This document shows positions 37,897 to 46,927 of a stretch of DNA of 49,572 nt, piece after piece. A program made the translations under genes and the position numbers. Source of the stretch: a virus (taxonomy: Duplodnaviria > Caudoviricetes); the IMG/VR virus record IMGVR_UViG_3300046804_000789, positions 1-49,572 of that record; one strand, written 5' to 3'. The notes beneath the pieces were generated by a model, which saw only the letters and a program-made list of their open reading frames with translations, was not told the origin of the DNA and searched no databases. Each line of letters starts with the position of its first letter. Within the stretch, counting starts at the first letter, position 1.

Positions 37897-38261
37897 GCCA
37901 CCCTCAGAATCAAAATGCTGTCGTTGTCCTTGGACCTTGATGATGCATAAGATCCATTGCCCCAGATGCTTGACGCAAGCGCAGTGATTGAAGAATGAAG
38001 AGCCTTCACATCAAACTTCCCACAAGGGATATTTGCTTCGTCACCTACATTCATGCCCATGAGAACGGGTGAAACATAGTTCTTCAGTTCTTTGGGTCCA
38101 TATCTGTTTGGACCCCGCTTCTTTTCTTGCGGCTCCGTCACATTCAACGAGCCGATCTTTTCCCCATTGGTTCTAATGATTGCATACTGAAGACCGAGGC
38201 TATCAAGGCGCTTCACACAATCAAAGAGAACCTTCTCTTTCAACTCAGACCAATCTGCCAT
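37893..38261 (-). CDS. hypothetical protein
   Basis: Start MADWSE after GAGGGG; ends WGNGSY..ILILRVA; ATGA overlap. Confidence 0.65.
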   Translation of the reverse strand: MADWSELKEKVLFDCVKRLDSLGLQYAIIRTNGEKIGSLNVTEPQEKKRGPNRYGPKELKNYVSPVLMGMNVGDEANIPCGKFDVKALHSSITALASSIWGNGSYASSRSKDNDSILILRVA

Positions 38262-38268
38262 TTTCCCC

Positions 38269-38373
38269 TCACAGTAATACACGAAGAAGTAAGCCAGCAA
38301 CCACGCCGCCCAAGGCGCCAGCAAACATGATGATGATGATAGCGGCAACGAAGCCAGGGATATCCCGCTTCAT
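38269..38373 (-). CDS. small membrane peptide (34 aa, not in the ORF track)
   Basis: MKRDIPGFVAAIIIIMFAGALGGVVAGLLLRVLL*; ATGA overlap; fills the gap between genes. Confidence 0.55.
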   Translation of the reverse strand: MKRDIPGFVAAIIIIMFAGALGGVVAGLLLRVLL

Positions 38374-38582
38374 TTCTTCACGAGCCTTCCCAACATGATC
38401 TCCTGTGCCGGGCCAGGAAACGTGCTTTGAACCCCAAGCACATGATCAGGAAGCAATGCATCCAGCTTTTGCATTTCCTCTTGTGGAATATCAAACGTCC
38501 ACTTGTCGCCAGTTCTTGTGGCGAATTGTTTCCAATCAGTTTCGTTGAAGTCCGAAACCCTCTTGGCAATTAGCTTGATCAT
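38370..38582 (-). CDS. hypothetical protein
   Basis: ATGA-coupled start MIKLIAKR after GGAG. Confidence 0.6.
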   Translation of the reverse strand: MIKLIAKRVSDFNETDWKQFATRTGDKWTFDIPQEEMQKLDALLPDHVLGVQSTFPGPAQEIMLGRLVKK

Positions 38583-38800
38583 TTGCGGTACTCCGTTTTG
38601 ATTGCCTTTGAAACTTTCCAAAGCTGATGAGCGATCTCTCGGTTCATCTCTGCGACATCCGGGAAGTGATTGTTCAACCGTCTTGCCATGGAGAGAAACC
38701 TACGAGCTTGCAGGATTTTCTCCCTGCGTTCGTCATATGCTATGTCAGCCCAGCAGTCCAAGTTTTCCATGTAGTTCTCCTCCTCTTCTTCATCTGACAT
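38579..38800 (-). CDS. hypothetical protein
   Basis: In-operon ORF; start position uncertain. Confidence 0.5.
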   Translation of the reverse strand: MSDEEEEENYMENLDCWADIAYDERREKILQARRFLSMARRLNNHFPDVAEMNREIAHQLWKVSKAIKTEYRK

Positions 38801-38815
38801 ACTTTGCACCAAATG

Positions 38816-39253
38816 TCAAATGTCATTGAGGAAACTATTTTCAAACCTGTTCCTCAGTTCATGAAACAGTTCCCTGCCACGCCTGTCTGTCTTGAGGTCT
38901 GACCTGCTTTCAATTGAGCAGTACGCCCTGACGCCATCAGCGCAGGCATCTTCTGTCGCCATGATTGCGAGGCCCATCTTGTCCATCCATTTTTGGAACT
39001 TGGGGTTGCGGCACAGCATGGCTGCGCTCTGCACAGCCTTGTCGCCTTCATCCATATCCCTGGGCTTAACGGGCCTGTCGTGGTCATCCAGCAACACCAT
39101 GGCGATCTGGTATCTCGCCCCTACAGGTTGAGACAGAAGGTCCACAGGCACGTCATTGGGCTGGATAGAGATGGTTATGTATGTCCCCTTCCCATCCTGC
39201 CGCATGGAGATCTTCTTACCCTCGAACCCCATGGCCATATCTCTGACACTCAT
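38816..39253 (-). CDS. hypothetical protein
   Basis: Start MSVRDM by ATGA coupling; AAMLCRNPKFQKW..CSIESRSDL pattern recurrent in phages. Confidence 0.7.
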   Translation of the reverse strand: MSVRDMAMGFEGKKISMRQDGKGTYITISIQPNDVPVDLLSQPVGARYQIAMVLLDDHDRPVKPRDMDEGDKAVQSAAMLCRNPKFQKWMDKMGLAIMATEDACADGVRAYCSIESRSDLKTDRRGRELFHELRNRFENSFLNDI

Positions 39254-39531
39254 GCTGCCATCCACCCCGGTAATGCCCGGCACCTCGGGCAAAGCTTTTG
39301 GAATTTGCTCAGCGGCTTGAACCCCTTGCGGCAACGAAGGCAAGGGGGACCGTCCTGCTCTTCAGCAACCCGGTCCCTCTTACGCATCTTTGACCAGAGT
39401 GATTCAGCCTGCCTCAAGGTGAGGTTTGTTTCGGATGCAATCATCTTCCATGTTGCACCCTGCTCTCTCCGCACCTTGAAGAGTGAGTAAAGATCTTCTT
39501 CCGTTTGCATGTCTTCCCCCATGCCCTTCAC
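39250..39531 (-). CDS. HTH plus zinc-finger protein
   Basis: GATWKMIASETNLT HTH-like segment; CLRC...LCPRC. Confidence 0.6.
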   Translation of the reverse strand: MKGMGEDMQTEEDLYSLFKVRREQGATWKMIASETNLTLRQAESLWSKMRKRDRVAEEQDGPPCLRCRKGFKPLSKFQKLCPRCRALPGWMAA

Positions 39532-39957
39532 TTATTTTTTCTGAAGGCGCGCAATCCTATTCATAAGATCAACATACTTGTCATCATATGAACGGATCAA
39601 AGGATAAATACTCGCGTAAGAACATCCAAAGTAGTTGGCGATTTTGGATATTGACTTACCTTCATCACGCATCTTCACAACCTCAAGAAGCGCATCACCA
39701 CTAATCAATCCCTCACCCGAGGTGTAAGACCCATAAGCCCTACCATTCCTCTTGCGACCACGATTTTCATTCTCCGGTTCAATCTTCTTTGTAGTTTTGG
39801 TTGCGGTGACAGGCTTGCTGTTAGGTTCCGGCACCTCATTCACCCGATGAACGAAGTTCAAGATCCTATAAGCAAGCTTAAAGGCTTCGCGCTCAGTCTG
39901 TGCAAAAGACAAAGCGACCTTGATAACTTCAAACCTTTCCACTGTTTTCCCTTTCAT
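39532..39957 (-). CDS. HTH DNA-binding protein
   Basis: MRDEGKSISKIANYFGCSYASIY. Confidence 0.65.
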   Translation of the reverse strand: MKGKTVERFEVIKVALSFAQTEREAFKLAYRILNFVHRVNEVPEPNSKPVTATKTTKKIEPENENRGRKRNGRAYGSYTSGEGLISGDALLEVVKMRDEGKSISKIANYFGCSYASIYPLIRSYDDKYVDLMNRIARLQKK

Positions 39958-40208
39958 TACATAATCCTCCAGATACGATAGCCGCCAATTTCGGGGGAGA
40001 ACCGAAACTTCTTTCCAGTGCGCTTTCCTTCGCGGCTCAAGAATACATACAGGGTATTCTTGTTGACATGCCGCTCGACCTTCACACTGTCGTCAACTTC
40101 CATCTTGGTCAGAGCATCCGCCACGTCACGTCCCACAACAGGGGGGCGACCACCGCCACCTGAGCGAACACGCTTGGGAATGGGAATGCCCTTTTCAATC
40201 TGAACCAT
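39957..40208 (-). CDS. small putative DNA-binding protein
   Basis: IEKGIPIP..MEVDDSV..GYRIWR pattern common in phages. Confidence 0.7.
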   Translation of the reverse strand: MVQIEKGIPIPKRVRSGGGGRPPVVGRDVADALTKMEVDDSVKVERHVNKNTLYVFLSREGKRTGKKFRFSPEIGGYRIWRIM

Positions 40209-40383
40209 TTACTATCTCCGTTATAATTGCCGTGATTTTAGCATCACCTTTCTCCCTCCAAGATGTGCCGTGAAGCCCGATCTCCTGACCGGGCATCCAC
40301 TTCAAACCGTCAGTGCGAGGCGGAAGATCCATCTCACGCTTTATGTTTGAGTAGATTGGGTTTGCCGCGATGACTCGCACCAT
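40195..40383 (-). CDS. hypothetical protein
   Basis: Fills an operon gap; start position uncertain. Confidence 0.4.
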   Translation of the reverse strand: MVRVIAANPIYSNIKREMDLPPRTDGLKWMPGQEIGLHGTSWREKGDAKITAIITEIVNGSD

Positions 40384-40700
40384 TTGATTGGGTCCACACC
40401 CTTCAGATCCCACCATGTTTTCTCATCTCCATATCTATGCAGTTCTGAATGATGCTCGTGGCAGAGTGGTACAGCCCAGTTATCACCAGACTTCATGCCC
40501 ATTGCTGAAGGTTCAGCGAACATGAGGTGGTGTGCCTGGGCAAATCTCTTACAGATCAAGCAGCCATGTGTTCTCACCCACTGAAGATGGCTGTTTGATT
40601 TGATCCGCTTTGAACCGCCGGAGCTTTTCTTGCGGGACCATCCAGCACCATCCTCTTGCGTTGGTAAAACGATAGGCGTTTTTCTTCCCTTCCCGCGCAT
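40341..40700 (-). CDS. DUF968-like HNH/zinc nuclease
   Basis: HLQWVRTHGCLIC..AHHL..MGMKSGDNWAVPLCHEHH.ELH..GDE; start ambiguous. Confidence 0.75.
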   Translation of the reverse strand: MRGKGRKTPIVLPTQEDGAGWSRKKSSGGSKRIKSNSHLQWVRTHGCLICKRFAQAHHLMFAEPSAMGMKSGDNWAVPLCHEHHSELHRYGDEKTWWDLKGVDPIKWCESSRQTQSTQT

Positions 40701-41055
40701 AAATGCACCCCACAATGTTAAACTCGGGAGGATTGCAGGTGACGAGAACAATCTCATGATCGTCCTTGTCCCTTTCGCTTATGACCAGCTTGCCGTGGGG
40801 GAGTGTGGTTGAGCGAACCTCGTATTGGTTCCCAACATCCGTCACACCCACACCACCGACACCTGACCAGTAAAGGTTCAATCCCTTTGACACTGCCATC
40901 TCAGCCATGGAGGACAGGAAATCTGTAGCTGCCCTGTCCTCTGGCTGATCCACGTTCACCTTTGGCTTGGCACCCCGCGCGAGAGCATTGGCATACCTGT
41001 CAGCCGCATGGTGACAGGCAACCCTAATCTCGTCAGGGGTGAGCCGCACCAACAT
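40549..41055 (-). CDS. hypothetical protein, possible PD-(D/E)XK fold
   Basis: AEMAV..LNLYW..DVG..EVRST..L. Confidence 0.65.
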   Translation of the reverse strand: MLVRLTPDEIRVACHHAADRYANALARGAKPKVNVDQPEDRAATDFLSSMAEMAVSKGLNLYWSGVGGVGVTDVGNQYEVRSTTLPHGKLVISERDKDDHEIVLVTCNPPEFNIVGCIYAREGKKNAYRFTNARGWCWMVPQEKLRRFKADQIKQPSSVGENTWLLDL

Positions 41056-41324
41056 CAGAACGGGGAGTCATCAAAGCTGCTGGATTCCTGCTGCTTCTTT
41101 TCGTATGGCTTGTTAGCCAGGATCGAAAGGAAGGTCTTGCCAGCTTTGCTTGTCTTCTTCCAGCCAGCGATATCCATCTTAATGGATTGCCCTGACTTGG
41201 CTTGTTCAACCAGAACCTTCAGCACATCCATGCTGATCTCAAGGCTACCCGTGTAATCGGGATGCTTGTCACTGGTCTTGCGGGTGTTGGTGAACAGCGC
41301 ACCACTCGGAGGATAATCAGGCAT
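41055..41324 (-). CDS. putative ssDNA-binding protein (DUF736-like)
   Basis: GALFTN..HPDYTG..AGWKK..GKTFLSI; acidic DDSPF tail; next to ERF. Confidence 0.75.
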   Translation of the reverse strand: MPDYPPSGALFTNTRKTSDKHPDYTGSLEISMDVLKVLVEQAKSGQSIKMDIAGWKKTSKAGKTFLSILANKPYEKKQQESSSFDDSPF

Positions 41325-41328
41325 TGGT

Positions 41329-41961
41329 TTAGTCCTTCAGTTTTTGGTTGCGAGTTTTGAAAGCTTCAACAACGCGGCCATATGCAGCCTTGTCGCCAAG
41401 CTTGAGGGTGTCGAGCGAGTTTGAGTTCTCAGACCAGAACTTCTTTAATTCTTCCCTGCTCTCTGCCATCTCAACACCAGGGATCATGAGCCGTTCAATC
41501 GCTCCGTAATCAGGCTTTTCAAGCTTCACATCTTCCGGGTTGGTTGCATCAGCATCCTCTTCGCCCGTTGAGACCGCGAAGATCTGACGCATGAACACCT
41601 TATCCACATAGGACATCGCAGACCCCACGGTCTGTGCGCCTTGGATTGGATGCACCATAGTAATGCGGGAGAACTCATACGCTACGGCACCACTCTCGTG
41701 GTACATCGTTATGGTGTAAGTTGCATCCAGCACTCCGGTCTTGCCGATGTTTGGATTGAGAGTGCTTTTGACCTCAGAGATGGTCCAGAACAAACCATTC
41801 TTTGCGGCGGCACTGGCGACAACTTCATAGTACTTATCAATGCTGACGTATTTGTAGTTGCCATGCGGATTGACGGCGGCTTTACCAAGGGTTCCGACAT
41901 CCTTGCGGGTCTTGATGATTGCCGCAGTGATCACTGCCAACGGCAGTGGTGTTTCACTCAT
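41329..41961 (-). CDS. ERF-family single-strand annealing protein
   Basis: K.A.NPHGNYKYVSID, HESG, AQTVGSAMSY.., GEEDADA. Confidence 0.85.
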   Translation of the reverse strand: MSETPLPLAVITAAIIKTRKDVGTLGKAAVNPHGNYKYVSIDKYYEVVASAAAKNGLFWTISEVKSTLNPNIGKTGVLDATYTITMYHESGAVAYEFSRITMVHPIQGAQTVGSAMSYVDKVFMRQIFAVSTGEEDADATNPEDVKLEKPDYGAIERLMIPGVEMAESREELKKFWSENSNSLDTLKLGDKAAYGRVVEAFKTRNQKLKD

Positions 41962-42266
41962 TGTTTTCCCCTTTCAAGGTTCTCATCAACTTCTGTTGTA
42001 TAGTCGTAGTGACAGTTAAGGAGTTTGATGAAGTCGCCAACAGAGTCATGAACTCTTACGTTGTGTCCTACATCACCCGGCATCCATTGAGGGTGCAACA
42101 ATACCTCGCCGTTACCAATGTTTGGTTCCCAAACCAAAACTCCAACGACATACGACTCCGGATCATTTATGATCCTCCTCCTTTCTTTTGGGTCGTGCAG
42201 TTTGTAGAATACACCCTTTGGGTCAGCGAGCCTCCAGCCCTTTGGGATGAAAACATCATCAACCAT
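41958..42266 (-). CDS. hypothetical protein
   Basis: Start MVDDVF overlapping the upstream stop; ATGA coupling to ERF. Confidence 0.55.
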   Translation of the reverse strand: MVDDVFIPKGWRLADPKGVFYKLHDPKERRRIINDPESYVVGVLVWEPNIGNGEVLLHPQWMPGDVGHNVRVHDSVGDFIKLLNCHYDYTTEVDENLERGKQ

Positions 42267-43152
42267 TTTCCAGTTCCTTGATCTTTTTGTATTGCTCGCA
42301 CCATTGTGAAATGGGGCAGAAGCTTTCGCACCGGGTGTTGGTGCCGGGTCTGATCTCGATCTCTGCCTTGTTCTCCTTTGCGTATGCTTCGGCTTCAGCC
42401 TTCTCGGTGCTTTCAAAAAGCTTGAGAGCTTTCTTCCTGCCTTCCTTGACCACGGCGATCTTGCCGGGCCGATACCAACGCTCATCGTCGGTGCATTCTG
42501 GGAGGCTCTCTCCCCACTCGTGGCGGGCTTCTGCGTCTTGGTGCAGGGCTACCCTACCCGAGATATACTCAAGCCGCTCAGCGGCGCTCCAAAGCCTTTG
42601 TGGGATCCTTGTGATGGGTGCTAGGGGGTAACCTTCCTTGACCCCGACCTCATGCCTGTTCCAATCCCGGCACACCCCGATGATCTCAAGGCTCTTCACG
42701 GTGTAGTTCTTGGTGGCTTCAACCAGATGGGCATAGCAGTTTAGCTGCCGCTCCCATTCGATCTTGGCATTTATAATCGCCCAGGCCGAGGTCATCTTGT
42801 AGTCGCTGATCCCGGCTTCGATGTACCCAAGCTCGTTGGTGTTGAGGATCTGAAGATCCACCCCACCCGAGATGACCCAGCCATTGATGGTCAGGAACAC
42901 ACGCTCTTCGCTCAGGTGTTCAGAGTCGGCACCCTGTTCCACAACATGGTGCAGGGCTTGGCCAATCAGCGGCCACACCATCTCGCTGACATCCACCTCA
43001 ATCTCATCATCATGCTTCTCGCGAAGCAGCCTGACCCGAGGGGAGTCAATCAATTGGGTGACCGAGATACGGGACTTGCCACGGGAATAGCGATCCCGGC
43101 GAGCCAGATTGTATAGGGTCTGAGGCAGACCAAGCTTGTTTGTTATCTTCAT
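42259..43152 (-). CDS. PD-(D/E)XK (Cas4-like) exonuclease
   Basis: ISVTQLI, G.ALH, ISGGVD, DYKMT, QLNCY; C-terminal C..RC...C....C. Confidence 0.85.
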   Translation of the reverse strand: MKITNKLGLPQTLYNLARRDRYSRGKSRISVTQLIDSPRVRLLREKHDDEIEVDVSEMVWPLIGQALHHVVEQGADSEHLSEERVFLTINGWVISGGVDLQILNTNELGYIEAGISDYKMTSAWAIINAKIEWERQLNCYAHLVEATKNYTVKSLEIIGVCRDWNRHEVGVKEGYPLAPITRIPQRLWSAAERLEYISGRVALHQDAEARHEWGESLPECTDDERWYRPGKIAVVKEGRKKALKLFESTEKAEAEAYAKENKAEIEIRPGTNTRCESFCPISQWCEQYKKIKELENG

Positions 43153-43258
43153 TGTCACCTTCTGTCATGCCTAAAAAGAAAAGTCAACTGGCTTCTTTGT
43201 GTAGTATATCTAACAAAACAATGGTAAGGTTCTTGACCTATATGTTGAGGGTGTATGA

Positions 43259-43684
43259 ATGGATAGATACTTAATCGTGTATGGTGAGCCAGCCAGCAAG
43301 GCGAACAGCCGCCGCTTAATCACGGTGGGAGGCAGGCCCAGGTTTATCAAATCTTCCAAAGCCTTGGGCTATGCTGAGGACTTCAAGCGTCAGGTGCCGC
43401 GCGTCGAACCCTTGCTTGAGGGGGAGCTTCGGGTTGATATGTGGATCTATTACGCCAGCCAGCGGCCTGATCTGGATGAGAGCCTGATCCTCGATCTGCT
43501 TCAGGAAAAGATATACCTCAATGACCGTCAGGTCAGGGAGCGGCACATCCACCACTTCATCGACAAGGATAATCCTAGGGTGGAGATCTTGGTTCAGCCA
43601 CGCGACAGCACGTTTGCTGAGGAAGCTGCCAAGTTTTTCAGGGAGAAGTTCAAATCAGAGGTCACGCTTTCCTCTGAAGGTTAG
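43259..43684 (+). CDS. rusA: RusA-like Holliday junction resolvase
   Basis: GEPASKANSR..RPDLD..ILDLLQ..IY.NDRQV..DKDNPRVEI. Confidence 0.85.
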   Translation: MDRYLIVYGEPASKANSRRLITVGGRPRFIKSSKALGYAEDFKRQVPRVEPLLEGELRVDMWIYYASQRPDLDESLILDLLQEKIYLNDRQVRERHIHHFIDKDNPRVEILVQPRDSTFAEEAAKFFREKFKSEVTLSSEG

Positions 43685-43760
43685 GGATTACGAGGCGGGG
43701 GAGACGCCTACCCTAACTGCTGAGTATGTTAGATCATATCCCCTATGTTGGTGTCAACCC

Positions 43761-44063
43761 TTATCTGCGAAAAGGAAGGCGAGAAAGTTCGTCAACCAGC
43801 AGGTACGCTTCATGCGTCCAGATTTGTTTGAACGCATTGTCATAGGCATATCGCTCACCCACAGAAGCATCGAAGTTCTCAAGGCTTGCCGGGGTGGAAT
43901 GTCCGATGAACTTAAAACCATTGCACATGGTGATGATGCAGATGGTTGTGGTCCCATGACTCAGGTATTCCACCTTGGCAATCCGCCCTTCAATTGATTC
44001 CTTGGTGATCTTGGGTGCCGTCTTGGTGGCAACGATGCGTTGCGCTTCTTCAATGCTGATCAT
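43761..44063 (-). CDS. phage Gp49/Gp66-family protein
   Basis: APKIT..I..TTTIC...NGF...G.S...ENFDA..G...AY.NA...IW..E.YLL. Confidence 0.85.
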   Translation of the reverse strand: MISIEEAQRIVATKTAPKITKESIEGRIAKVEYLSHGTTTICIITMCNGFKFIGHSTPASLENFDASVGERYAYDNAFKQIWTHEAYLLVDELSRLPFRR

Positions 44064-44434
44064 TACTCATGTCCTTTCAGAAGTTCTTCCAGCTTGGGTG
44101 GTTGCCAGCCATCAGGCTTCATGATCTTGCCGTCAGAGCGGCGGCGCACCATGCCTGTCTCAGGATCAATCTTCTCCATGTTGGAGCGGATCACCTCAGC
44201 CCAGCCCGATGCCATGGGGAAGCCAGCCGACAGGCCAGCGCCGATGCACACCACCATCAGATCCAGCAGCGCATCAAACATCTCTGCCTTGTTGTCTTGT
44301 GCCACGGCGTCGAAGAGTTCCGTTGCTTCCTCACGGATCAGCTTGAGGTAAAGCTCAAACTGCTGAGCGTTCCAGTAGCCTGTGCTTTGATCACAAGCCC
44401 GCATAAACTTTAACTGATCTACAAAGACATTCAT
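44063..44434 (-). CDS. MazG-like / PRA-PH nucleotide pyrophosphohydrolase
   Basis: LIREEATEL, DALLDL.VV..G, EV.RSNM.K, RRSDGKIMKP. Confidence 0.88.
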   Translation of the reverse strand: MNVFVDQLKFMRACDQSTGYWNAQQFELYLKLIREEATELFDAVAQDNKAEMFDALLDLMVVCIGAGLSAGFPMASGWAEVIRSNMEKIDPETGMVRRRSDGKIMKPDGWQPPKLEELLKGHE

Positions 44435-44488
44435 GTCTATCTCCTATATATAATAATACTATATATCTAAAACATATAGCTTGCAATA

Positions 44489-44701
44489 CTACTTACATAA
44501 CTTATTATCCATTACTCTACCTATAGATATATTCTTCTGCGCTCTGATGTCTTGGTTCCTCCACGTCCAGCAGGCACCATCGTCATCCTGAAAGCACACC
44601 CACAATAGGTCCGATTCGGGACCGTAATCTATGACCATGTGAGCTATTGCTTTCCCCTTCGGGGTGCCAACAGGTATTGGCGGGTTGAGTTGAATGATCA
44701 T
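44489..44701 (-). CDS. hypothetical protein
   Basis: QLNPPIPV.TPKG.A.AH..IDYG.E.DL.WVCF..G.CWTW.N..IR; GAGGAG RBS. Confidence 0.75.
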   Translation of the reverse strand: MIIQLNPPIPVGTPKGKAIAHMVIDYGPESDLLWVCFQDDDGACWTWRNQDIRAQKNISIGRVMDNKLCK

Positions 44702-44808
44702 GTTTGTTTCTCCTCGGCACAACATATAGTTATAAAGAATGAAGATCATAACTACAACTTGTTTTGATTTAATTTGAGATAGCTTTCTTCTTTTCTCTTG
44801 AACAACTC

Positions 44809-46527
44809 ATGCCTTTCAGGCATCATGTCCTGATGGGGATTGATACAGCTTATGTTGTGGCGAGAGCCACATCTGCTCAGGCTAGGACGTTATGTCCTGC
44901 GTGTGGTCCAATGCGGAAGAACAAGCATGACCGCACATTATCCATAACAAGATCCGATGATGGCAGTGTCATGTGGCAGTGCTGGCATTGCGGAGAAACG
45001 GGTAAGACCGTTGGGGAAAACAAGCACATGTCTTTGGTGGCACCAATCAGAAAGATCGAAGGCGAAAGCCTGAATGATGATGCGTTCTCGTACCTTGAAG
45101 CGCGGGGCATCTCCCGCGCCACGGCAGAGAAGGTTGGTCTGATCTACGCAAACAAGTGGTTCAGGAAATCTCAGAGCGAGAAGCCTTCCATTGGATTTGT
45201 TTACAGCCACAATGACAATCCATATGCCTGTAAATGGCGGTGCATTGAGGCGAAGGAGTTCACCCAAGAGGGTGCCGCAGCCACGTTGTATCTTGCCGAC
45301 AAGCTTACTGATCACACCAGGGTGGTGATCACCGAGGGTGAGCTTGATGCGGTCAGCTTCTGGGAAGCTGGCATTGAGGCTGTATCAATCCCGTCAGGGG
45401 CTATTACATCCTCAAGCAATGACACTGCCCGGCTTCAGTGGATACAGGCACATGACCAGTTGCTGGCAAATGCCACGTCCATTTACCTCGCGGTGGATAT
45501 GGATGGTCCCGGTCAGACCACGGCACAAGAACTTGCCCGGCGGTTGGGGAAACTGAAATGCTTTCAGGTTGTTTTCCCCGGCACCAACAAGGATGCCAAC
45601 GATACACTGGTTAACCTTGGTAAGGATGCATTGGCCAAGGTGATATCAGATGCCAGCCCCTGGCCTATTGAAGGCGTCAGCCAGCCGAATGATTTCTATG
45701 ACAAGGTGATGAGCCTGTACCGGAATGGTTTGCCTGCTGGCAAATCAACGGGCTGGCCCTCGGTTGATAACCATTTCACCTTGAACCAAGGCAACCTTGT
45801 CATCCTCACTGGTATCCCCGGTCACGGGAAGTCGACGTTCCTTGATGCCATGCTGGTCAATGCCATGAAGCAGCATGATTACTGTGTGGCCTATGCGTCC
45901 TTTGAGAACCCGCCTGAGATCCATATCTCGAAGCTGCTGGCACTGAGGAGCGACAAGCCCTTTGGCACAGGCCCCACGCCCCGTATGGACCAGAAGGAAA
46001 TGGAAGCGGGCTTGGCTTGGATAAACCAGCGCGTCACCTTCCTCACCCATGATGGCGTCATGCCCACGGTTGATAGCCTGATCGAGCGGTTTGAGACCGC
46101 AGTGCGGCGCATGGGCGTGAAGGTCTGTGTGGTGGATCCGTTCAACTTCCTTAAGCTCAACGGCAAGGACGGCTCCGTTGATACGGAAGCAATCAATGAG
46201 ATGCTTTCCAAGTTCAAGATGTTCGCGCAGCGGTGCGAGGTTACCTTCTTCCTTGTGGCACACCCGGCAAAGCCAATGGCTGCTGGTAAGGATTGGGTGC
46301 CGACAGGCTACAGCATCTCGGGTTCAGCCCACTTCTATAACCGTGCTGACTTCGGCCTGACCATGCACCGTGAGGGCAGATCATCTTGGCTGCATGTTTG
46401 GAAGTGCAGGTTCTCGCACCAGGGTTCTAATGGAAAGGTTGAGCTTATCTACAACAAGCCAACGGGTAATTTCATTGAACCAATAAACCATCAGGCTGAG
46501 GATGGTTCATGGATGGATGACATCTAG
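44809..46527 (+). CDS. primase-helicase (T7 gp4/Twinkle-like)
   Basis: Zn finger CPAC..CWHC; TOPRIM ITEGELDA, DMD, KDAND; Walker A TGIPGHGKST; VVDP; LVAHP; SISGS. Confidence 0.93.
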   Translation: MPFRHHVLMGIDTAYVVARATSAQARTLCPACGPMRKNKHDRTLSITRSDDGSVMWQCWHCGETGKTVGENKHMSLVAPIRKIEGESLNDDAFSYLEARGISRATAEKVGLIYANKWFRKSQSEKPSIGFVYSHNDNPYACKWRCIEAKEFTQEGAAATLYLADKLTDHTRVVITEGELDAVSFWEAGIEAVSIPSGAITSSSNDTARLQWIQAHDQLLANATSIYLAVDMDGPGQTTAQELARRLGKLKCFQVVFPGTNKDANDTLVNLGKDALAKVISDASPWPIEGVSQPNDFYDKVMSLYRNGLPAGKSTGWPSVDNHFTLNQGNLVILTGIPGHGKSTFLDAMLVNAMKQHDYCVAYASFENPPEIHISKLLALRSDKPFGTGPTPRMDQKEMEAGLAWINQRVTFLTHDGVMPTVDSLIERFETAVRRMGVKVCVVDPFNFLKLNGKDGSVDTEAINEMLSKFKMFAQRCEVTFFLVAHPAKPMAAGKDWVPTGYSISGSAHFYNRADFGLTMHREGRSSWLHVWKCRFSHQGSNGKVELIYNKPTGNFIEPINHQAEDGSWMDDI

Positions 46528-46676
46528 GAGAGTAAGCTTTTGATCTGCTCAAGGTCCAAGGCTACCAGCCTTGGCCTTCTCTTGTCGGATCCAAGTATTG
46601 CGTGAGGGCAGCAACCACACTCACTGCTTTCAAAGTGGGTGAACCCATCACCAAGGTAGCGATGAATATAAATCAC
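46524..46676 (-). CDS. hypothetical protein
   Basis: GTGA-coupled start; H..S..C.CCP motif. Confidence 0.5.
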   Translation of the reverse strand: MIYIHRYLGDGFTHFESSECGCCPHAILGSDKRRPRLVALDLEQIKSLLS

Positions 46677-46927
46677 ATCATCTTCATCAGCTTCTTGTAG
46701 TCCTTGCCGTACATGTCCTCGCAAAGGTAATCCTTATCCGCCGTATCATATACGGTGGAAGTGCTTGTGGATACATACCAATCCGCTGGCTGTAACGCTT
46801 TGTATGTTTCCATTAGGTGTCCGTAAGTCTGGTTGTTTTTGAGGTTAAGCATTGATTCAATATGAGATAGCCTGTCTTCAAGAAAGGCGATGCGATCAAG
46901 CAAATAATCAGTGTCGTTCATTGTCAT
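46673..46927 (-). CDS. hypothetical protein
   Basis: ATGA coupling to the SleB gene; short coiled coil. Confidence 0.55.
   Translation of the reverse strand: MTMNDTDYLLDRIAFLEDRLSHIESMLNLKNNQTYGHLMETYKALQPADWYVSTSTSTVYDTADKDYLCEDMYGKDYKKLMKMM

Noticed and set aside
43159-43258. Divergent sigma70 promoters between the exonuclease and rusA
   Set aside because: TTGAC elements exist on both strands but the -10 spacing is unconvincing; likely regulatory but cannot be placed by eye
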